Below, one piece after another: positions 36,345 through 40,986 of a stretch of 40,986 nucleotides of DNA (position 1 is its first letter; each line of letters opens with the position of its first letter). The notes below the pieces were generated by a model that made no database searches, had not been told where the DNA came from, and worked only from the letters and a program-made list of their open reading frames with translations. Position numbers and translations under genes: made by a program. Where the stretch lies: the NCBI GenBank assembly GCA_020723005.1, contig DYJS01000004.1, positions 1 through 40,986 on the forward strand, written 5' to 3'. Source of the stretch: Candidatus Methylomirabilis sp. (GTDB lineage Bacteria; Patescibacteriota; DYJS01).

Positions 36345-38251
36345 TTTGTTTTTAAATTATTTAACTTTTTCTGTTCTAAACTTAAAAAACTGAAATCTCC
36401 CCTTTTTTCTGAAATCAGTTTTGAGATTCCAACAACAAGTTTTTCAAAATATTTTAAAAATGCAACTTTCAAAGTTTCTTTTAAAAAAGATAAACCTTGA
36501 TGTGCCAAAAATTCTTCGGTTTCAAAAATTTTTAACCGAATCTCTTCTTCTTTTTCACGAGGCAACCCCTCAAAAATTTCCACACCAAAAGCTGTTTCTG
36601 TTGTGGCCAACAAAAACCTAATATGCTCTTCTAGAATGTCAAAACTTTTGAAAAAAATTTCTGAATCAATTTTTGGCAAAATTAGATTTTTTCTAACTGC
36701 AACAAAAACTAGAGCGACTAAATTTATTTTTTGATCATTTTTGCTTCTTTTTACTAAATTTTTCTGATTTTCTAGAATTTGAAAATTTTGATTTTTTTTA
36801 TTTTGCTTCAAAAATTTTTCAATTTTTTCTTTTGAACGAATTTCAGAAAAAACTCCACTATCAGCTATTTTTTTTGCAATTGATGAAATTTTTAAATTAT
36901 CAAAATTCTCAATAATTTCAAAAATTTTTCCAAAAATTCTTCCACTCTCCATTTTTTCTCTTTGAAAATTTTCAATTTTTAAAATTATGTAATCTTCAAA
37001 ACTAATTTTTATCTTTTCAAAGTCTAAAAGAGTAGCTCCACTAGCAAAAAATTCATCAAGATCTTTGATGTAGGAAAAATTTTTCGCACCTGCATCGTCT
37101 TTTGAAGTTCTCGTCCTAAGTTTGTCAAAAGATTCTTCTTGCGATAAATTATTTGATTGACTCGCTATAACATTATTTTGTATGCTCGTCGAAATATTTT
37201 CCGTATTTTGTATTTTGAGTTTTAAATTTTGAAATTGAACGACTTTCGGCAAAATTCCCAAACTTCCACAAATATTTATCGCTCGCTCCGTTGCTTTCTC
37301 CCCTGCCTCATCACTATCAAAAGCGAAAACAAAATTTTCTGCATATCTTTTTGCAAATTTTAACTGATCCTCTGTAATTGAAGTTCCAGAACTTGCCACA
37401 ACATTTTTCAACCCGTGCTGAAAACTTGTGATAACATCCATTTGACCTTCCACAAAAATTATTTCATTTTTTGTGGTGATTTCTGATTTATTTTCAAAAA
37501 AACCAAATAGAAGTTTTGATTTTTTAAAAACTTCAGTTTCTGATGAATTTACATATTTTCCACTCGTTTTGATAACTTGAGGATCTGTAAAGCCTTCAAC
37601 TACACGACTTGTAAAACCAACAATCTCTCCAGTAGAATTTTTTATTGGAATCATTAAACGACCAAAAAATCTATCAAAAATTCCAAATTTAAAATTTTGA
37701 GATTCAATAAAAAGTCCAGTTTTTAGTAAAGTTTTTTTATCAATTCCTTTTTGAATCAAAAAACTTGCTAAAAAATCTTTTTGAAGAGAGCTTCCACCAA
37801 GCTCAAATTTATCAATTGTTTCACGAGATAATTTTCGTTTTTCAGTTAAATAATTCAAAATTTTTTGACCAGAATCTGAAAATAAAATTTTCTTAAAAAC
37901 ATCTGTCGCAATTCTATTTATTTTTAAAATTGGATCTTCAAAACTTTTTTCTTTTGAATTTTGACTTCTAAATTTTAACTCAACTCCAGCTTCTTTTGCA
38001 AGAATTTTAAGAGTTTCAGAAAAATCTAAATTTTCAATTTTTTGAACAAAAGAAAAGATATCTCCACCAACACCACAACCAAAACATTTAAAAATCTGAA
38101 GTTCAGGATTAACTACAAAACTTGCAGTTTTTTCAGTATGAAATGGACAATTCGCTTTGAAATACTTCCCTGCTCGTTTTAAAGGTAGATATTTTGAAAC
38201 AATATCTACAATATCCAATCTCGATTTTATTTCAGAAATTTCGTTAGGCAT
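36332..38251 (-). CDS. dnaG: DNA primase with a ~55-aa insertion in the TOPRIM region
   Basis: CPFH..CFGC zinc finger, RLMIPI, KYVNS, VEGQMDV, FDSDEAG and KDLDE. Confidence 0.96.
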   Translation of the reverse strand: MPNEISEIKSRLDIVDIVSKYLPLKRAGKYFKANCPFHTEKTASFVVNPELQIFKCFGCGVGGDIFSFVQKIENLDFSETLKILAKEAGVELKFRSQNSKEKSFEDPILKINRIATDVFKKILFSDSGQKILNYLTEKRKLSRETIDKFELGGSSLQKDFLASFLIQKGIDKKTLLKTGLFIESQNFKFGIFDRFFGRLMIPIKNSTGEIVGFTSRVVEGFTDPQVIKTSGKYVNSSETEVFKKSKLLFGFFENKSEITTKNEIIFVEGQMDVITSFQHGLKNVVASSGTSITEDQLKFAKRYAENFVFAFDSDEAGEKATERAINICGSLGILPKVVQFQNLKLKIQNTENISTSIQNNVIASQSNNLSQEESFDKLRTRTSKDDAGAKNFSYIKDLDEFFASGATLLDFEKIKISFEDYIILKIENFQREKMESGRIFGKIFEIIENFDNLKISSIAKKIADSGVFSEIRSKEKIEKFLKQNKKNQNFQILENQKNLVKRSKNDQKINLVALVFVAVRKNLILPKIDSEIFFKSFDILEEHIRFLLATTETAFGVEIFEGLPREKEEEIRLKIFETEEFLAHQGLSFLKETLKVAFLKYFEKLVVGISKLISEKRGDFSFLSLEQKKLNNLKTKWPN

Positions 38252-38263
38252 AAATTAAAAAAT

Positions 38264-38956
38264 TTAACATTTATATTTCAAAATGTCTGTTTGAATACTT
38301 TTTTTTAAATCATCAATAAATTTATCAAAAGTTTTTACCTTTTCGCTTTCTTCAATTTTCAATTCTGACAAAACATAACTTCCATCAATGTCTGTTTCGA
38401 CGATTGCTCTTCCTTTTTTTGCTGGAATTTTTGTTTTTAAAGTTCCATCTTCGTCTAGGGTGATAAAATAAACTTTTATATGATTTGTTGCTTCATCAGA
38501 TAATAGCTTAAACTTCCAATATCCAGTTTGTGCAATTCGTTCTCGAAGTGTTACTTTACTAGACAAAACAGCAATTACTTCACTATTTTTTGGATTATAA
38601 ATTATCATATCAACATCTGGAAGATGAGAGCCAAATTCACCATAATCAACCAAAAGATTTCTCTTAACCAAACTCAATTCTTTCGATAAATTATTTGATG
38701 ACGATCTTTCCAAACTATTTCCATTTATAATTTCTAAACCTATTGAATGAATTTCGTCTGCAATTATGTATTCAATTAGTTTTTCTAAATTTTTTCCTTT
38801 AAAAGATCTCCAAGATTGCTCATGATCTTTTCCAATAAAATCTTTTTGATGTTGTTTTTTTACATCTTTTAAAACACTAGAAATATATCGATAGGTTTTC
38901 GAACCAAATTTTTTCTTTTTATTTTCATAAATTTTAATTAAATCTTTTATGTTCAT
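38264..38956 (-). CDS. Type II restriction endonuclease (BsaWI/CCGG-family-like PD-(D/E)XK)
   Basis: QSWRSFKGKNLE, PDVD and SSKVTLRERIAQ (R-(D/E)-R motif); 4-nt overlap with the MTase. Confidence 0.8.
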   Translation of the reverse strand: MNIKDLIKIYENKKKKFGSKTYRYISSVLKDVKKQHQKDFIGKDHEQSWRSFKGKNLEKLIEYIIADEIHSIGLEIINGNSLERSSSNNLSKELSLVKRNLLVDYGEFGSHLPDVDMIIYNPKNSEVIAVLSSKVTLRERIAQTGYWKFKLLSDEATNHIKVYFITLDEDGTLKTKIPAKKGRAIVETDIDGSYVLSELKIEESEKVKTFDKFIDDLKKSIQTDILKYKC

Positions 38957-40233
38957 AATTTCTCCATAATTAATATAAATTCTGTTGGATAAACAAAAAC
39001 TTTATTTTCGTCTGTTAATTTCGCAAATTTTCCTGTTTTTTCATCTCTTATTGAAGGTAAATTTTTTGAAGGAATTTCTCGTTTGATAATTTCTACAATT
39101 TTAAAACCCAAATTTTCTAATTGTTCTGTAAAAACTTCTGCATTTAAAATTTCAACTCCTTTTAAACTTGTATTTCCAACAACTATTGCGGTTTTTCCAC
39201 CAACTTTTAAAATTCTTTTCATTTCCAGAAAAACTTCGTTCATTTCGCTAAAATAAATAGAAACTTCCTCAGCGGTTTTTTTATCTTTTTTAAGCAAATC
39301 ATCAATAATCTCTTGTGCGATAAAACTATTTAAAAAAATTTTATCGTTTGAATGATACGAAGATCCAATAAACTTTTTTCTAAATTGAAATAAATCTTCT
39401 GCATAATCAAGCCACAAAATTGAAAGTTGGTGCAAATCTGCATATTCGTAAGATGTTACATAAGGTGGAGATGTTACAATCAAATCAACTGAACAATCTT
39501 TTGCTGGAAAATTTCTTGCATCAGAACAAAAAAGTTCACTTTCAATATCCAAAAAATTTTTCTCTTTTAAAAGGTTGAAAAATTCTAAATTTCCAGAGAT
39601 CATTGATTTAATTTGTTTAAAAAAAGACAAAAACGGATCGTATGGTATTTTTGATAAATCTCTAGTTGGTTTGTTGCTTTTTTGCATCCAAATTGAGCAA
39701 CCTTTTAAAATGTTTGAAAATGCACAAAGAAAAAAATTTTTAATTTGAAGATCATCAATTTTTACAATTTTTGAAAGAATAAATGCAAGTTTCTTTTTTT
39801 CATTTTCTAAAAACCAATAATCGATTCTATCGTATTTTGGTAAAGAAATCTCTAAAGAATCTGAATAAGAATCTAACGAAAATTTTAAATCAATAAAATA
39901 TCTGGAAAGCTTTACTGGTTCGATTGGTGTAATTTTTGATTTTGCAATCAAAATTGCAACTGGGTTTATATCAACACCAATTGATTTTCTACCCATAATT
40001 TTTGACTCAACCAAAGTTGTTCCACATCCACAAAAAGTGTCTGCAACCAAATCGCCTTTTTTCGTATATTTTGAAACAATTCTTGAAACAATTTGAGGAA
40101 TAAATTTTGCAGGATAGTGATGATATCCATGGGTTAAATAAGTTGTATCTTTTCTAGTTTTTTCTGAAAATGACCAAGAAAAATCGATTTGAGCAAATTC
40201 AAATAAATTTTTTATTTTATTCTTGTCGGTCAC
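38953..40233 (-). CDS. N4-cytosine DNA methyltransferase
   Basis: THGYHHYPAKF; motif I DTFCGCGTT precedes motif IV VTSPPY; GTG start. Confidence 0.88.
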   Translation of the reverse strand: MTDKNKIKNLFEFAQIDFSWSFSEKTRKDTTYLTHGYHHYPAKFIPQIVSRIVSKYTKKGDLVADTFCGCGTTLVESKIMGRKSIGVDINPVAILIAKSKITPIEPVKLSRYFIDLKFSLDSYSDSLEISLPKYDRIDYWFLENEKKKLAFILSKIVKIDDLQIKNFFLCAFSNILKGCSIWMQKSNKPTRDLSKIPYDPFLSFFKQIKSMISGNLEFFNLLKEKNFLDIESELFCSDARNFPAKDCSVDLIVTSPPYVTSYEYADLHQLSILWLDYAEDLFQFRKKFIGSSYHSNDKIFLNSFIAQEIIDDLLKKDKKTAEEVSIYFSEMNEVFLEMKRILKVGGKTAIVVGNTSLKGVEILNAEVFTEQLENLGFKIVEIIKREIPSKNLPSIRDEKTGKFAKLTDENKVFVYPTEFILIMEKL

Positions 40234-40423
40234 TCTTCAATTAACTTATTAAATTTTTCAACTTTTCATTTTTCACCCTAAACAAACCAAAAAAATTTTC
40301 CACAATTTTTCAAATTGATTTATTAAAAATTTACTAACAAATTAAAATTAATGAATAGAGTTAAAACCCTTTAGATATAAACTTTATTTAAAAAAATTTT
40401 TATAAAAATAGAAAAACTAATTG

Positions 40424-40495
40424 AGCCCAAATCGGGACTTGAACCCGAGACCCCGTCCTTACCAAGGACGTGCTCTACCACTGAGCTATTTGGGC
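40424..40495 (-). tRNA. tRNA-Thr(GGT)
   Basis: Acceptor GCCCAAA/TTTGGGC; anticodon arm CGTCC-TTGGTAA-GGACG. Confidence 0.97.
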
Positions 40496-40796
40496 AAAAA
40501 TTTTTACAATTTAAAATTTTTATTTAAATCTCTCACAAATTCGCTAAACATTCAAAATATTTTGTCAAAGAATTTTAAACTCAAAAACTTTTATTTTATA
40601 TGAAAAATCTTTAAAATATATTACTTAAAAATTCAAAATCAAAAAAATTTTCCCAATTTTTTTACTTCATCTTTTGACTTACTTTTGGCTTTTAATCTTT
40701 TTTCTTTCAAAACCTTGACTTAACTCTCTCTCTAAAATCAAATAAGAAATTGACAAATTCAGTTTCAAAGATTTTTAGAATTAAATTTTTTAAAAA

Positions 40797-40986
40797 ATGA
40801 ATAATGAAGAAAGTTATCAAAATAATAACCTAACAATTTTAGAAGAGACGGAAAATTTAATAATAGTTAGTCCTAAAAATAAATCTTTAGAAGAAATGTA
40901 TGAAAAAGCACAAAAACTTGCAAATGAAAAGAATAAAATGGTAAGATTTACATTTCAAGGTGGTGTAGATTTCACTTTTTATCCAG
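40797..40986 (+). CDS. Hypothetical protein, truncated by the window edge
   Basis: ATG at 40797 is open to the end: MNNEESYQNNNLTILEETENLIIVSPKNKSLEEMYEKAQKLANEKNKMVRFTFQGGVDFTFYP. Confidence 0.55.
   Translation, partial: MNNEESYQNNNLTILEETENLIIVSPKNKSLEEMYEKAQKLANEKNKMVRFTFQGGVDFTFYP

Noticed and set aside
225-36621. Many short overlapping or antisense ORFs in the track (e.g. 8516-8929, 14602-15006, 16190-16516, 34730-35245)
   Set aside because: They overlap well-supported genes, are F/S/L/K-biased and carry no motifs.
40421-40603. 60-aa ORF MSPNRDLNPRPRPYQGRALPLSY
   Set aside because: It is the antisense translation of tRNA-Thr(GGT).
30606-40738. TTGACT followed by a -10-like hexamer at only 12-14 bp (before rplK, the zinc-ribbon gene and the last ORF)
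   Set aside because: Spacing is inconsistent, -10-like hexamers are abundant in such AT-rich DNA, and RpoD regions 2.4 and 4.2 look canonical; TSS data would be needed.

Overview
Very AT-rich bacterial chromosome segment in the standard genetic code (TGA is used as a stop in ATGA overlaps). Gene content suggests a Patescibacteria/CPR-like organism (VirD4/TraD-like ATPase, DUF4012-like protein, archaeal/eukaryote-type ProRS); this is inference only. Bases 1-9896 hold a complete minus-strand type III-A CRISPR-Cas operon: cas10-csm2-csm3-csm5-orfX-csm4-cas6-csm6-cas1-cas2-leader-first repeat, with the array cut off at the window edge. Two parts of it are unusual: Csm2 carries an extra ~76-aa N-terminal RRM-like domain, and a 121-aa LRR/L-domain-like repeat protein sits between csm5 and csm4, which are in swapped order. 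The rest is mostly housekeeping: chorismate mutase, flippase, mnmE, proS, a divergent murD, nusA, sufB, a lone rplK, rpoD, dnaG and six tRNAs. A type II restriction-modification pair lies between tRNA-Thr and dnaG. Smaller signals: a DUF4097-like gene frameshifted at a (GA)n tract (possible phase variation), a palindromic REP/RPE-like element with a decayed in-frame copy inside dnaG, mnmE without a canonical start codon, and all six tRNA genes ending in N-CA(A/T) instead of CCA.
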